A stretch of DNA of 64,000 bases from Amoebidium appalachense (GCA_963693365.1 CAVNZM010000001.1:7270907-7334906); one strand, 5' to 3'. Numbered from the stretch's first letter, positions 1 to 17,206 are shown. Translations and numbers: made by a program. Notes: a model not told the origin generated them from the sequence alone.

Positions 1-636
1 ATATGAAATTCAATGCGCACCAGTATATCGCTCCTACCGACCCATTCCTCTCCTGCATCCTGCCATTCCCACAAATAATATACCTGGTCCCTCGAAATCC
101 CCGTAAATCTCATCTCTCTATCGCAAACCCTCCCTCCACCCCCCCCCCCCCCCCCCCCCCCCCCCGGGGGCGTCTGCATGCTTCCAAACCCTCTCCCTGC
201 TTCCCTGCAACCTCTTTGAGAGTAGCCAACCACCACAAACCCCCATTCATGTCATGCTGAAATTTCATGGTTTGTTTTATGTTTTCAGTGCACCCACTGT
301 TTCAGCAGCACCGAGGATGTCCTTCCCCTCCATTGCCACGGGCAGGACACTCTCTTGGATGGGTGATGGCTGGCCAAATCCTAAGGCTGCTAGGCCCTTG
401 CGCAGCTGTGGATAGTGTTGGTGTGTTCAGTTTATGAATTAGGGGAGATATGGTTCGACACGATTGTAACAACAATGGAAAATAACATACCGTGTTGGAT
501 AGGTTAGCCATGGGGTCTGGACCTACATGGTGAATGCATGTGTGTAGCAAATATTGACTATTTTCTCTTACTACTGCGTCCGTGGGGTTGGCCATGAGGG
601 GGGCGAGGGGGGAGGGGAGGGGGGGGGGGTAAATAC

Positions 637-1953
637 CAGGGGGTGGAGGTTGAATCTGTCCCATTTTGAAAGGTCAAACTGCTCCAAGGCAGCTTCATCG
701 ACGGGCGGAGGTCCAGGCACGACCTTAATTGTTTTGGGCTCTGTCACCATATATGGCAATACCATAAATGGCAGGTGGTGTTAATGCCGTTGGGGTGATT
801 GGCTTCCATATGTCCCTTCAGCCTTCCTTCCAAACCCCCCTCCTCCCCCTTTCCCAACCCCGGGTACCTTTCGCCCTCTTCCATCCTCAACTTCCTCACC
901 CTCGCCCTTCAACAATACCCATTATCAAGATGTTTGTGTGAGCTGTGTGTGGCGTGATTATGTGTGGGGAGGAGACAGTGAAAATTAGGTGTGGGGGAAA
1001 TGGAGGGGGTGGGGGGGGGGGGGTGGGGAGAAAGAACGGAAAGGGGTGTGGGGGTGGGGGTGGGGTGGGGGGGGGTTGAAAAGGGGGTTGGAATGGGCCC
1101 ACCTTTCTTCTGCTTCTTATTGGGCTTCTCTTTTGCTGACTCCTCGTTCTTATCCTCCCTCGTTCGTTTCTTTTTCCCCGTCTCTGTCTCTGATGCCTCC
1201 TCCTGTTTTGGGCGGAAATCGTTCGTGTCAGACTTTGAGGTCCTCTCCTTCACCAGCCGAGATTGTGTTTCCATTCTAATCCCTCCTTTTTTCAACAACA
1301 CTGACATATAATACAGTCAAAACACCCATCGATCAAGTGTTAGAAACGAACAAATATGACCTCCCCCCATCTCTCCATCTCCCTCCCCCCTCCCCCTCCC
1401 CGCCCCCCCCCCCCCCCCCCCCCCCTTCCCCCCACAAACACATACACACGCACACTAACACAAAACAAAGCCGCCGCCACCACAACAAACATGAACACGT
1501 ATCGACTGACAATAAATCCTTTCTTGTTTTGCACAACTTCCCGCCCAAGGCCAAAAACATAAACACCCCAGATACCCACGTTTACATTTGCACGCTCCTC
1601 TGTAGGCTCAGTGGCACTCTCAGCCGTCCCTTGGGCCTTGCTTGCCTCCTCCTTCTCCTTTCTCTCTTTTTTCTTTTCTCTTCTTGACTTTTTTGCCTGC
1701 TCTACAGCACCTTCGATAGGCACAAGCGTAGGAATCTCCTGAAGAGGGTAAATAAAAAAAAGGGAAGGGGAAGGGGGGAGGGGGGCGGGGGGAGGGTGGA
1801 AGGGGAAGGGGGGCAGGTAGAGGGGGGTGTCAGTGGAATGTGTGCGTGTGTGTGCGTGTACGCGCGCACACGTGTGTGTGCATGTGTGTTGTGTGTGGGT
1901 GGGTGGATGGGTGGGGTCGGGGTCGGGGGCGGAGAGTGGTGGTGGTGGTGGGG

Positions 1954-1991
<38 letters not shown>

Positions 1992-2449
1992 CGAGGGGGG
2001 GGGGGGAATGAAAGGGTTTCGAATATTTGCACAAGGTCACGCAAATGTGCATGTGCGGATGGAAGGTGTAGGCGAAGCAACTGGAGGGCAGCTGTGCCCG
2101 TAAGTGAACGTGTGCCCGTGTGCCTGTGTGTGCGTGTGTGTTCCTGGAATCATGTGTGCATGTGTGTGCCTGTGCCTGTGCCTGTGCCTGTGCATGTGCC
2201 TGTGCCTGTGCCTGTGTCTGTGTCTGTGGGTAGGAGCGAGTGTGCCTGAGTGTGTATCTTTGCTTACGTGTATGTATGCATGCGCACTTGTGTATGCCCG
2301 TGAGTACGTCCCTGTGCCCGTGCGCCTGTATGTGTGTGCCCGCGCGAATGTGTGTTTGTGTGTGCCTGTGCCTGTGTATGTGCCTGTGGGTATATGTATG
2401 TGTTGACTGCGTGTCCGTATTCGTATGCGTGTTGACTGCGTGTCCGTAT

Positions 2450-2510
<61 letters not shown>

Positions 2511-2531
2511 TGTGTATGTGTGTGTGTGTGT

Positions 2532-2608
<77 letters not shown>

Positions 2609-4168
2609 TGTGTGTGTGTTTGTGTGGCTGTTGTATGTGTGTGCTTTTGCAAGTGCCCGTGGTATGGGTGTCCGCATGTGCATGTGTAGAACAATGCCAC
2701 CCCACCAAGGTGCAAATAAGAAGAGAGAAGGAACGACAACACAACAGCAAAAATCAGCGAAAAAAAATTCCTCCAGCCCCTCCCTCCCCCCTTCCGCTTC
2801 TCCCTCCCCCCCCTTCGGCCCCCCTCCCCCCCTCCGGCGCAATTCTATATCCCACACATCCTCTTTTGCCCCAACCCATACAACACTCCTTTTACCCCCA
2901 TGGAATCTCCAACCACCCAATTTTCCATTGTCCACCCCGCTTCCCCGTCCCTTCCCCTTCCTCCCCCCCCCCCCCAAACACACCCCCATCATCTCCTCCT
3001 CCCACCGTACCGGCCAAAACATTGCCCACAAGAATATTGTTCCCTCTCATAGCTTCATACCGCTCCCCCTCTCCCCCCCCCCCCCCCCCCCCTTTCCCCT
3101 GAGGTCCATTCTCTTTTGCACCCTCTGTTGCTATATTTAATCATCCTCCCCCCTCCCCCCACCCACCCACCCACCCACCCTGCCTCTCTCCCCATTCCTC
3201 CCCACACACCACATCCTCATACACCCCTTAATACCCCCCCCCCCCCCCCCCCCCCCCTACCACCACCACCACCACCACCAACCACAGCCCCATGTGTACC
3301 AGTATACCGTCCCGCCCCCCATTCCTAATCCCTTCTTCCCGGATAAAATGTTTACATCAAGGGAAGGGGGGAGGGGGGGATATATTCTTTATTTCTTTTC
3401 ATTTTTCCTTTTGTTTTTCATTTTTATTTTATTTTCACTTATTTTTATATTTCTTATCTTATTTTTGGGGGGGGAGGTGGGGGCGGGGGGGGGGGGGGGG
3501 GGGGAGGGGAAGGGGGGGAGGGAGGGAGGGCGGTGGGGGGGGGGGGGGGGAGGGGGGAAGGGCTAAATTTCCCACCTCACTTTCAGCTTTTTGAGCCCCC
3601 CCATTTTCAGGCACGCCGGCAATGACTATCTGTGTGCCCCCAGCCTCGTCCCTCACAAGCTCATAGTCTGCATCCAATTCCTCCAAACCACAAAACCCCC
3701 CCACGTCTCCAAACAGCAGCGATTCGTCAACGTCTATCCTCTTCCAGCCCTTTCCGGTTGATGATTTTTTACCACCCCGTTGCTCTGTGAAGGTTTAAGA
3801 AAAATCGTTCATGTTTTGATTTTACCGTTTCCTATTTGTCTTTTTCACACCGTCCTCCTTAGGTTTCCCTGCCTCCCCCCCCTCCCCCTCCCCTCCCCCC
3901 CCCCCCCCCTCCCCCCCCTCCCCCCGCGACCGTCATGAACCCCCAAAGGTACCAGAAAGAATTGCGTATGGGTGCTTCGAATATGTTACAGTTATATTAA
4001 CGATGAGAAGTGTGTGTGGTGATGGTCCGGGTGAGGTGCTGGTGTGTATGTGGGCAGGGTGAGGGGTGTGTGTGTGTGTGTGTGTGTGTGTGGAGGGGGG
4101 ATGGGAAAGGGGGGAGGGGCATGTGTGTGTATGTGCATGTGTGTGCAAGTGTGAGTGTGAGTGTGAGT

Positions 4169-4224
<56 letters not shown>

Positions 4225-5062
4225 CGAAGGGCGAGGGGGGGGGGGGAGGGGGGGAGCGGGGAAGCCCCGGGGGGGGGGGAGGGGGGGAGGGGAAGGGGGG
4301 GGGGGGGGAGAATAGAGGGTAGCTATGGAGGCAAGGGTTTACTGATAGGACAAAAAAGGAAGTAAAGCCGACTGTGCACTTAGCAGGTTTAAAGAGAAGA
4401 GTTGCATTTTCTGTTTCCGGCTATCCAATAGTTGGTGAGTGGTGTTTGTATGTTGGATCTGGGCCAGACAGCACAAGCTAAGATGCGCAAAGGGGCCACA
4501 GGTCAGGCATAAACTGAGCGAATTAGTGTGTATGTGTTTCCTTTTTTTCTTTTTTTTTTTTTTTTTTTTGGTTAGGGTCGTGCGTGTCCCAGATGTTGCA
4601 AATGGGCACATGCTGTGTGTGCAAGCGCGGGCTATCATCTATATTTAATGCGTGCAAGTGTGTGTCTGTGTGTGCGTGTGTGTTGCTGTGTGTGCGTGTG
4701 TACGCGCGCGTGTATGTGTTCGTGTGTGCGTGCGCTCGTGCGTGATTGTGCGTGCATATGTCCCTGCCTTTATGTTTGAAGTGTACGCATTGTGGGCGTG
4801 GTACGTGTGTTACGAGTGTTGAGACTATGCCAACGCGCGTATACATGCTTCCGAGGCATTCAACACCAAAAACATACTCTGTGGTTTGGGAGCCACTTGA
4901 GGTAGCGGTACATCCGTCCACTCGTCCACAAAAATTTTCTCCTCCCTCCTCCTTCCCTCTCTTTTTCTTCTTTCCCCCTTGCTTCTTGGCGGGGGGCGCT
5001 TTCGCACTAACTGGTGCATCACTGTCTTTTTCCACCACCCAGCCACCTGCCTTGCGCTTCAT
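637..5062 (-). CDS. DDX24: DEAD-box RNA helicase DDX24/Mak5-like, 5' part (gene continues off the left edge of the window)
   Basis: Phase-consistent exons 3784-3576, 1738-1576, 1300-1103 and 740-637 encode [31 protein letters not shown] (the W..v.....gf..LEE..y N-terminal motif of DDX24/Mak5/RH13), Lys/Glu-rich linkers and [14 protein letters not shown] (start of the Q-motif region). A probable first exon starts at ATG 5062 (MKRKAGGW...), but its junction phase is unresolved. The helicase core is not in the window. Confidence 0.75.
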
Positions 5063-5527
5063 TCTTTCTGTTCTAGTCTACCTGTGTGGTAAAGCAAGCT
5101 ACTTCCTTCTTTACCACTTATATTAGTGATGGTGTAGATGTTTTGATGTGACTGCAAATGACTGCAATAAATAACAGAGGCACACGGCGCACATGTACAA
5201 GTTGTCTGGCAGGTCAGGTCGGCTTCAAATATTACATTTTGAATTCGGTCAATGTTTTCGAAAATTTCCAAAGGCCCCAACATTACAATGTAAACTGAAT
5301 TATAAACACCTTTGGGGGAAAATTGTCCCGGAGTTTGACCAAAGCACTGGTAATTTGGCGCGAACATACCTTGGACTATGTTGCTGTACACGTGCACACG
5401 CAAAACACAGGCGCTTCACTCGACGAACGTTAGAAACATCTACAAACCCTAGTGTTTTGTAGTTATTAGTAATTGCTGAATACATATATATCATTCGTAG
5501 CTGTAGTTTTGCTTCTCTCTGTTGAAA
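5063..5527. promoter_or_regulatory. Probable bidirectional promoter between two head-to-head genes
   Basis: A 465-bp repeat-free gap between divergent ATGs (5062 on -, 5528 on +). It contains TTTGGCGCG (E2F-like, 5354-5362) and AAACCCTA (telo-box-like, 5444-5451). Confidence 0.5.
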
Positions 5528-6257
5528 ATGTTGAAGCGCGTTTCTCGCATGGGAGAGCTCCTTGGGGCTCATTCCTCTGAAGAAAGTGGGACCGATTCAG
5601 AGGGAGACGAAGATCCCGAAGTGAGAGAGTTGTTGGCACGTTTGGAGGCGGAGGAGGAGGGGGAAAGTGAGAGCGAGGCTGAAGATGAGGTTGAGGATGA
5701 TGAAGACGATGAGAATAAGTTCTGTGGGCGAGGAAAGACGGTGGAGCTGGAGGACAAGTGAGTTTTTCATGTTGTGTTTCCCGTTTACCATGACCAACAA
5801 AACAGCCCAGGGATGCTAGCACACCATTGAGACACGATGAAGTTGGAAAGCTGAAAATCCCTCGAATTCACCTACTCCAATTCGCCTGCTCACTCCTTCC
5901 AATGCTGTACACACGCAGAAAAGAAATCCATTCGCATGCACAGGCACACTTAATCACACAGTACAATCAGAAAAGAAATCCATTCAGATGCACAGACACA
6001 CGTACACACACAGTTATGAACCGTGTAAGTACACTCCGCACGTCACACGGGTTCGAAGCACTTGACCGAGCATGGTGTAGTGCGATACACGTAAATGGGA
6101 GTAGGTTACTCATAGGCCTTACATGTTTCAACACCTTTGGCTGTTGCCCCCCCACCCTCTCCCCCCCCGCCCCTTCCCCCCTCCACCCTTTCCCTAATTT
6201 CTGGGGAGCCTTTACCCACTTTTATTTTCCCGTTCCTTTTTTCATACAGGACTATCA

Positions 6258-6291
<34 letters not shown>

Positions 6292-7272
6292 AGGTTGGGG
6301 ACGAGGGGATGGAGGACGGATGATCTTGTGTGCAATTACGTTCTTGTCTCTTTTGGCTTTTCATCGCTCTTCAGCTTCGGCTTTAGTTTTTCGCACGAGC
6401 TGGCAACAGACAGCTTGTGTTGTTTTGTGTGTCACGACAAGTTTGCATTTCCTCCTGCCCTTCCTCCACCACGCCCCTCTCCCCCCCCCCACCCCCCCTG
6501 CCCCGCCCCTCGTACACCCTTTGAGGGTTCCATCTGCTTTCTGCCTTCTACTCCCCTCTCGAACTTATTCTGCCCCCCACCCCCCCCCCCCCCCCTCCCC
6601 CAACCCCTCCCTCCCCTCCCTCCCTCCCTCCCTCACTTGCTCTACACACACCAACACACACGAGCACTCACACGAGCACTCACACTTACACTTACTCACA
6701 TACCTTGCCTCTCCATCCCCCCCTCTCCCCCCCTCCCCCTCCCTCCCCCCCCCCCCCCCCCCCCCCTCTCCCCCCCCCACACCACCCACCCACCTCCCCA
6801 CACGGACACCTGCAGCTGGCTCAGGACATCTCCTTTCCCCCGTCTTGCGTTCCTCCCTTTCACACCTCTCCATCTTTCCTCTCTTCTTTCCTTCCTCCTT
6901 CCGTCTCTCCCTGTTTTTTCCCCTCCCTCCCTCTGTTTTTGCAGGGCCGTGATCACCAACGTTGGTCCAGTTGAACGATACATCTGTTCGGTGTGCCCTG
7001 AGAAGGAAATGCACAAGAAGGTGCAGGTCGAAATGCACATCAACAGCAAGGTACCGTTTGCACGTCCTAGGTTTTTTTTTATTTCGTTTTTTCTTTTTTT
7101 GGGGAGTATCGGTGGGCCGGGGGGGGTGGTGGGAGGGGGAGGGGGAGCACGGAGGGGGTGCTCCCCTCCCTCTCGAGCTCTTTCTCTTCCCTTCCACCAC
7201 CCAGTGGGGCCCACTTCTTCTTCCTTTTCCTTCACCACACAAAAATACACAGTTTCTGCCTCTCATCCCTCT

Positions 7273-7316
<44 letters not shown>

Positions 7317-7409
7317 TCCCTCCCTCTTGTTCCTCTCGCTCTCCTCTCTCTGTCGACTTCTCTCCATCTCCCTCCCTCTTCCTTTTTCCCTTACTTTCCC
7401 TCTTCGGTC

Positions 7410-7445
<36 letters not shown>

Positions 7446-7467
7446 CTGCCCCTCTTTCTCTCTTTCT

Positions 7468-7499
<32 letters not shown>

Positions 7500-8120
7500 C
7501 CTTCCACACCTTGTCCTACTTCATGCCGGTTTTAACCCGGTTTTTTTTTTTCCATGGCTCTCTTGAAGTGTGTGGGGGGTTTTAGCAGGCTATGAAAGGG
7601 GTTGTGCAGACTGGGTGGGCGTGTGGGTGTTTGTGTTCGTGAGGGGAAACACGGAGAGAGCGGGTGTGTGTGTAGGGGAGAGGGGGGGGGGGGGGGGGGG
7701 CACTCTGCTGAATTTCGAGCTTGATGTGTGTTTGTGGGCGAGGTTACAGAAGGAGTCGGTAGGAACAGGTGGTGTTGCCATCTGCAATTCACGGCATGTT
7801 TTTTTTCCTTTCTTTTATTCCGAGTGTTGGTGTAAGTCTTGCCGAGCACTGTGACCTTTGTGGTCTAACTGACTTGTTTTCTTGTTTTACTGTTTTACTG
7901 TTAATGAACAACTCTCTAATTGACCCATCTGCCCCGGGGGGGGGGGGGGGGGTACCTGGGTCCCCCTTTAGGATGGACTTGATTTTCGATTCGTAGTCTT
8001 TGTGTGCATGGGACGCATAATCTGCATGGTGTTTATTCGTCGTGAATATGCACTTCGTACTCTGTAACACAATATCAACCCCCGGCCAGGGGACCTGGCT
8101 GTTTTAAGAAACTACCATCC

Positions 8121-8164
<44 letters not shown>

Positions 8165-8576
8165 AGGGGAGAAAAGGGTGTGTTTGCTGATTCCGGTTGT
8201 TTTTTTTTTTTTTGTTGTTGTTGTTGTGTTTGGGTGCCACGCTTGCGTGGGTGGGTGGATTCAGTACCACATGACTGTATTTCTTTTTCATCTTTTTCTA
8301 TATTATTCTCTATTTGCATGTTCATCAGTTTAGTCAGAAGATTTGTTTTGGTTAAAAAACTATTCTTCTGGATACACATCACTTTTCACTACATGCTCAC
8401 ACCCGTTTTTCCATGCAGTTCCACAAACGGAACGCACACAAAGCCAAGAAGGAGAGTCGTCCCCAAGAGGTAGTGGAGAAACTGAAAGCAAAGGCCGAGG
8501 AGAGGAGGAAGAGGAGGTGGGAGAAGAAAAAGCTGAGAGAAAGGAGGTAGGGTCCTTTTTTCCCATTCTCCCCCCC

Positions 8577-8611
<35 letters not shown>

Positions 8612-8774
8612 ACACACCGACCTCCTTCTCCCTCTCCCTCCCCACCTATCCCTCTCTCTCTCTCTGTCTCTCTCTCTCTTTCTCTTCTCTTCTCTCTCTA
8701 TCTCTCCCCCCCCCCCCCCCCCCCCCCTCCCCTTGGCCCTCGAGGGCCCCGCCTGTGATTTCATACACCCCGCG

Positions 8775-8818
<44 letters not shown>

Positions 8819-9069
8819 ACCCCCACCCACCCACCCACCCACCCACCCACCCACCAAAAAAAAAAAAAAAAAAAAAAAAAGGTTTTAAGACTCCGGGGTT
8901 GGGATGTATGATACTTCGAATTGGTCTGGTTTTGTTGTGTAACGTTATGTATCAATACTCTGGATTGGTTTTCTTCTTCTTTTTTGTTTTTGATGGTTCA
9001 TCCCTGAAAGGGAGAGGGTGGGGATGGGGGGTTGCTACCTGGGTGTGCGCCCTTGCCCCCCCCCCCCCC

Positions 9070-9140
<71 letters not shown>

Positions 9141-10081
9141 AGGACGGCTGGGGGTCGTGCGTACGTGCGTGCTTTGTGTGTGTGTGTGTGGGGGGGGGGG
9201 GTTATTTTTCTTTTTTTTTTTTTCTTTTTTTGGGGGGGGGGGGGGGGGGGGGGAGGGGGGATGCTATCTGGCTGCACACGGACACATTTATAATGTGTGT
9301 TTTTTCCTGAAGAAAGGCTGGGTGGAGGTGGGGCCCCAAGTTCTGCAAGCCCATTGGCCGGTAAAAGCCTTTTTACTTTTGAGCTCCATAGTCCAGAGGA
9401 TATGGTATTTCATGTGTGGCTGTGCTTTGACAATTTTGCTTTTCTTTTTTTCCATTGCAGAAGCGGAAAGCGAAAATGGCCGGGGACGGTTCGAAACCAG
9501 GAGAACAGACAACCAAGTCGGAAAATGGTTGGTCCACCAACAACCTATCTTCAATCTCACACCTATCTCTCCTCGAAGGGGGAGTAACCGACCAGAAACA
9601 AAAATCCAGTGGGAAAAAATCCGACAACGCTCCCAAACCCCCGGCTGAACAGACAGGAAAACCATCGGCAAAGAAGCAGAAAACTGAAAACGAGACACTT
9701 CTGCAACAGGCCAAAGCAGAGGTGAAAACACCGACGGGTGGTAAGAAGGCGGTGGCAACTGCAAAAAGCGAAGAAAAGAAACCGAAAACACCACCGGCGA
9801 CTCCCAAAACAGCCGAGGTGAAAGCGAAAAGCGGTAAAAAACCGAACACGGCAAAGAAAGAGCAAGAGTCTGCAAAGAATCCGCAACCAGTTACCTCGGC
9901 TGTTGACCAATCAGAAACGACCGAGACTGCCAAAAAAGGAAAGAGTACGACTGCGGCAAATACTCAACAGCAGAAGCCAAAGCCAAAGGGTGGCGTCCAG
10001 AGCCCAAAAACGCCGGCGCCCGCAAAGAGGAAACAGAACACGGGTGGGAAATCTGCGGCTAAAAAGCTTAAAACCGCATAG
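5528..10081 (+). CDS. Acidic N-terminus / single C2H2 (U1/matrin-JAZ-like) zinc finger / Lys-rich C-terminus protein, probably nuclear or nucleolar
   Basis: Exons 5528-5757, 6945-7050, 8419-8546, 9317-9404 and 9461-10081 join in phase. The finger YICSVCPEKEMHKKVQVEMHINSKFHKRN spans exons 2-3; there is a D/E tract in exon 1 and a K/P/T-rich tail (KTP repeats). Exon 4 is the least certain. Confidence 0.75.
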
Positions 10082-10238
10082 TCACATGTGTAATAGTTCG
10101 TGGCTTCCGGGTTGTAGTAAACACACGTGAAAGCTGTTAGGTGGAGATTGGTGTTCGAAACTATACAGATGGTCGAATGCAATATAACGTTTTTTTCAAT
10201 GATATTGAATCCTTCTCCGGGCCTACTATCATCCTCTG

Positions 10239-10270
<32 letters not shown>

Positions 10271-10561
10271 CACACAGGCACACGCACACACACACACGGG
10301 CCTGACAGTGTTGCGCGGATGGCATGCAATTAGATATAGTCATAGTTTTCACTTCTCTAGATCTGGGCCATTCTGGGGAATTGCTTTGTATTTTCCCGGT
10401 GTGTATTGGTTCAGACGAATAATGGTCGTCGCACTGAAACCGCAACATGACTTCCACAGACCCAGCATACCTGACGGTTATGGTGTGGTAATGATAATTT
10501 GTACACGTGTTATCGTCAACACATGATATCTGATGTGATTCTGCTGTGTCGGTTTCCCCCC

Positions 10562-10600
<39 letters not shown>

Positions 10601-10624
10601 TCACCACCACCAACTCCCCGGCGG

Positions 10625-10676
<52 letters not shown>

Positions 10677-11195
10677 ATACAGTTGTACGCGTGTGTGTGT
10701 GTCACTATAGCCTAGCCTTGAAAGTCCACGCCCCAATATTCGGTTTGGCGTGGTTTAATTTTAAAAGGATTTTCTTGTCGACTGTTCGCTTGTAGGGCCT
10801 TTGTAGTAGGCCCTAACTAAGCCGGGTCACGTAGTCCTGATCGCCAACACGGCCCTCTGAAAAAAAGAGGACCGTGTCGCCAGTCTGCGAACACGTGCAG
10901 TCGTGCACATTGTGATTCACACGGACACATTCCGGGCGTGTGCGGGCCAGTAAAAATTACGTAACACCAATAAAAAGCGGTTTTGTGTTTTACTTCGTTT
11001 CATATTTGGTAATCTTAGCGAGTAAACTGTTGGCCCAGATGATTGGACATTGCTTCCACATTCCATCAGTGAATCATGATCACGATAGCTTTCACAACGG
11101 TGCTACCAAGACAAACGTTGCACACTGTGGCGACACCTCTCCTATAGTTATGTTTACCATTCTTCTATTTTAAACCTTTCTGTTTTTCCGCAAAC

Positions 11196-11946
11196 ATGTT
11201 TCTCCGCCTAGTTCTTCTTTTTAGTTGCGTGCTCGGCGCAGCACTTGCCAGCCCCCGTCCCTCTACCTATAGCGAAGAAGAGAGACGGGCGGTATGGAAC
11301 AAAACAGCACGTGTTAGCGTGTTCACAGACAGCAATTGCACAACACTCGCTAAAGATGACAAGGGAAAACGCTATGAGGTTGAGTTCAAAATCAACGAAG
11401 AACCCGACGAATGCTTTAAGCTACCTAAGACTCAAACGTATTTTCACCCATTTGTGCGTCGCTACGGAGGGCCAACCGTGCAACTTTTCACAGATGCAAA
11501 CTGCACTAAAGTAGCGGAGAAGGGGAAACTCTATTACACTGGGTATGGAGACTGTGTGGGCCCTTTTTCGAGAAAGAAATACTACCTGCGCCTTGTGGAG
11601 AAAGGTATGTTTATATGTTGTGCTGCTCGACAACTGTTGCATTTACTCAGTGTGCATCCTAGTGCTGGTTGTTTATACTGAGTTAAGAAGAACGCAAGAA
11701 CACTTTCAAATGATTCAATGTAACGGATGCACTTCAACAACGGCGCTACTTGCTCAGGCGACCCCTTTTGTTCAGGACAGAATGCTTTTTACGCGAAGAC
11801 ACTACCGCTTAAAAGCCCCAGATCTCCATATAGCTAACTGACTCGGTCATCACCCTAGGAATATCACATCGTCTGTCATTCAATGTCACTTTTTTTTACG
11901 TGTGTGAGATGCTAGTGTTCTTCACTGTGTCTCTTGCTGTGTCGGC

Positions 11947-12020
<74 letters not shown>

Positions 12021-12152
12021 TGTGCATGCTTGCGTGTGTGTGTGTGTGTGTGTCACGGTGTGTGTGTGTGTGTGTTTGTGTGTGTGTGTGCGTGTGTGTG
12101 TATGGTGTGTGTGTGTGTGTGTTTCTGTGCATATGTGCGTGTACGCGTACAC

Positions 12153-12212
<60 letters not shown>

Positions 12213-12538
12213 ACGAGCACGTGCAGGCGTGCCAAGTTTTGTCACTGGTCCCCAGGTGTTTTCTCTGTGTATAAAAAATGCTCCCTGCATCCTTCACAAA
12301 AGTTTGGTGCTTTTTGTATTCTTTTTCCATCACCCCCTATGACACCCCCCTGAACTGAGTCTTGCAGCAATAGCACTACGCTCAGGCTAGTGAGCTGATA
12401 TTGCCTTTCCCCTCCCTCCCTCAAGATTGCGTGGATTACACTGAGTGGGTGTACGCCGACACTTTGAAGATTTCAGACTGGTCGTATTGTCGTGATGGTA
12501 AGAAAAAATGCGACCCCAAGACGTGGACCTGTGTGTGA
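11196..12538 (+). CDS. Small secreted Cys-containing protein of unknown family, paralog A (intact)
   Basis: Exon 1 is 11196-11604 (signal peptide [18 protein letters not shown]; internal repeat [10 protein letters not shown] / [10 protein letters not shown]; donor AG|GTATGT). Exon 2 is 12426-12538 ([37 protein letters not shown]). Both exons align with paralog B. Confidence 0.8.
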
Positions 12539-14032
12539 CACAATTCATGAGGCAACGCGTGTGGGATGATAATGCCCTTGTTGTATCATACGGTATCGCA
12601 GCGAGTTTTGACAGCCAACATCGAAAGATGAGCTGTTGTATCGGCTGGGTGAACAACGGCGTAGCAGTGCTTCTTTTTCCCCCCTTTGGAGAGCCGGGTG
12701 AGGTTAGTGGCTATTTTCGGAGAGCCAAAACGTGGTGGGGCTATGCATGAGAGGGTCGGGGGAGGGGGGGGGGGGGGGGGGGGGGGGCACGGGGATTAGG
12801 AGGGGGGGGGGGGGGGGGGGGGAGATATATGCATGTATCATCGGGTTGGCAGTCACTTATGGTGGGCAGTCGTTTTTTCGCCCAACTTGTTCTACATATA
12901 TTTTAGTCCGGGCTCACAGTTTTATGAATCTTTCACAAGAACTCAGAGAAAGTTCTTTTTACTGAAGATGTACGATATGGTATGCTCATGGCAATATTTA
13001 ATCTAGATACATGCCTTATTTAGAGCTTTGATGTATGTATTAATCCAGTTAAGGTGTAACACGTGTGTGTTGCGCATATAACACTGTTCATTACAATCCT
13101 GTTGATATCGGCCGGCTTTGTGGATGACCGAAACCCCCTCCCCACCGGTTGCCCTTCCCCCCCCCAAAAAAAAGTTTTCCAACACACACTGTGACACACA
13201 CACACACAACACACACACACACCACGCAGCACAAAACATACACATACAAGCACACATACCGTACACACCACACGCCACATGTGCACCAGGCGGAAACGTG
13301 AGTCAACAGTTCTGTGCGAAAATCAGGTACTACTAACGGTTCCTACAGTAACTTTCAAAAAACAAACACACACGTATGGTGTTACGCTAGCTGGCATTAG
13401 AAGGGACCATTCATTACGGCTTAGGAAAAAAGAAAGGATGAGGGGTTCTCCCTCACTACAAAAAATTTAGGTGGTGGTAAGTCATAGGGGCTGTGCCTCC
13501 TTCCTGCCGTACGATTGTCCAAATAAATAAACCGATTAAAATAAAGTCTTTGTCTAGCCTACCTGCAGCCACTGTGCTGGCTTTAATCCAATATCTTTCC
13601 TTCGGAAATTACCGAAGACAGCTGCAATGGTTTACAATGAGAAGTAAATGTTAGAAACCAGAAATAAAAACAAGCTTGCGGGGCCCCAGAAAAAGTAGCC
13701 CGGCATCCGACACACACCTGGCCACCTAGTGGCCTGAGAGGTTACGTAAGGGCTACACCAATCCCTGACCTTATTCCTTGCCTGCCAATAGCACCCTTCA
13801 CTTATTCACAACGGTGCGTTTGGTGTTTCAGTTAACATTATTTACTTTATAAAAATAAAACCAAAGCGCCTTTTTTTTTTGAAGTGCACCTGCCAGTCGC
13901 ACCGGCGCACCACTCCAAAAAGTTCGCGCGCACTCTGACTCGTGTGCACCCACACTATAGCATATCAGCCCGCCCCGCAGCTGCTGGCAGGGAGAGTGTG
14001 CACGTATGTCCGACGCACGTCTCCTCTCTCTG

Positions 14033-14122
<90 letters not shown>

Positions 14123-14535
14123 AGGTCCGCACCTGGGCACACACGAAACCCTAAAACTCAGCCGATTCTAAACGCCAGAGCGAGTTGGGGTCACTTGAAG
14201 GCTTGCCGTCGTCCGTCCAGTGGACAAACGAACACACGGACGCACACACAACCCCAAGCACCCGCAAAGTCACACAAGTGCGCGCGCACACACACACGCA
14301 GACACACACACCTGAGATCAATACAGGCAACAGTTATACGCGTACGCACGGCATTGAGCGCAGTATTCAAAGACACCACGTCCCCATTCACTAGGCTCAA
14401 CATCCGGAGAGACAGCTGCGGCACACGTACCCAGAGCCCATGTATACTTTAGACACATACATTCTTCATACACGCACCGTTTCTTAAAAAGAACACCTTC
14501 AACCCCACGAGGTGATTAGGCTAGATCTTTCAAAC

Positions 14536-17206
<2,671 letters not shown>

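Noticed and set aside
1702-2750. Long His-Thr, Cys-Val, poly-Pro, poly-Gly and Arg-Glu ORFs (here and throughout the ORF track)
   Set aside because: They are translations of (CA)n, poly-C/G and (GA)n tracts lying inside introns of identifiable genes.
5917-6000. Short local tandem duplications (also 2401-2453 and 39823-39948)
   Set aside because: Two-copy slippage duplications in introns with no further structure.
6045-6110. tRNA or tRNA-SINE-like A and B boxes
   Set aside because: The B-box-like motif precedes the A-box-like motif and no cloverleaf forms.
13403-13830. Harbinger-like terminus GGGACCATTCATTA
   Set aside because: No matching inverted end or TSD found nearby.
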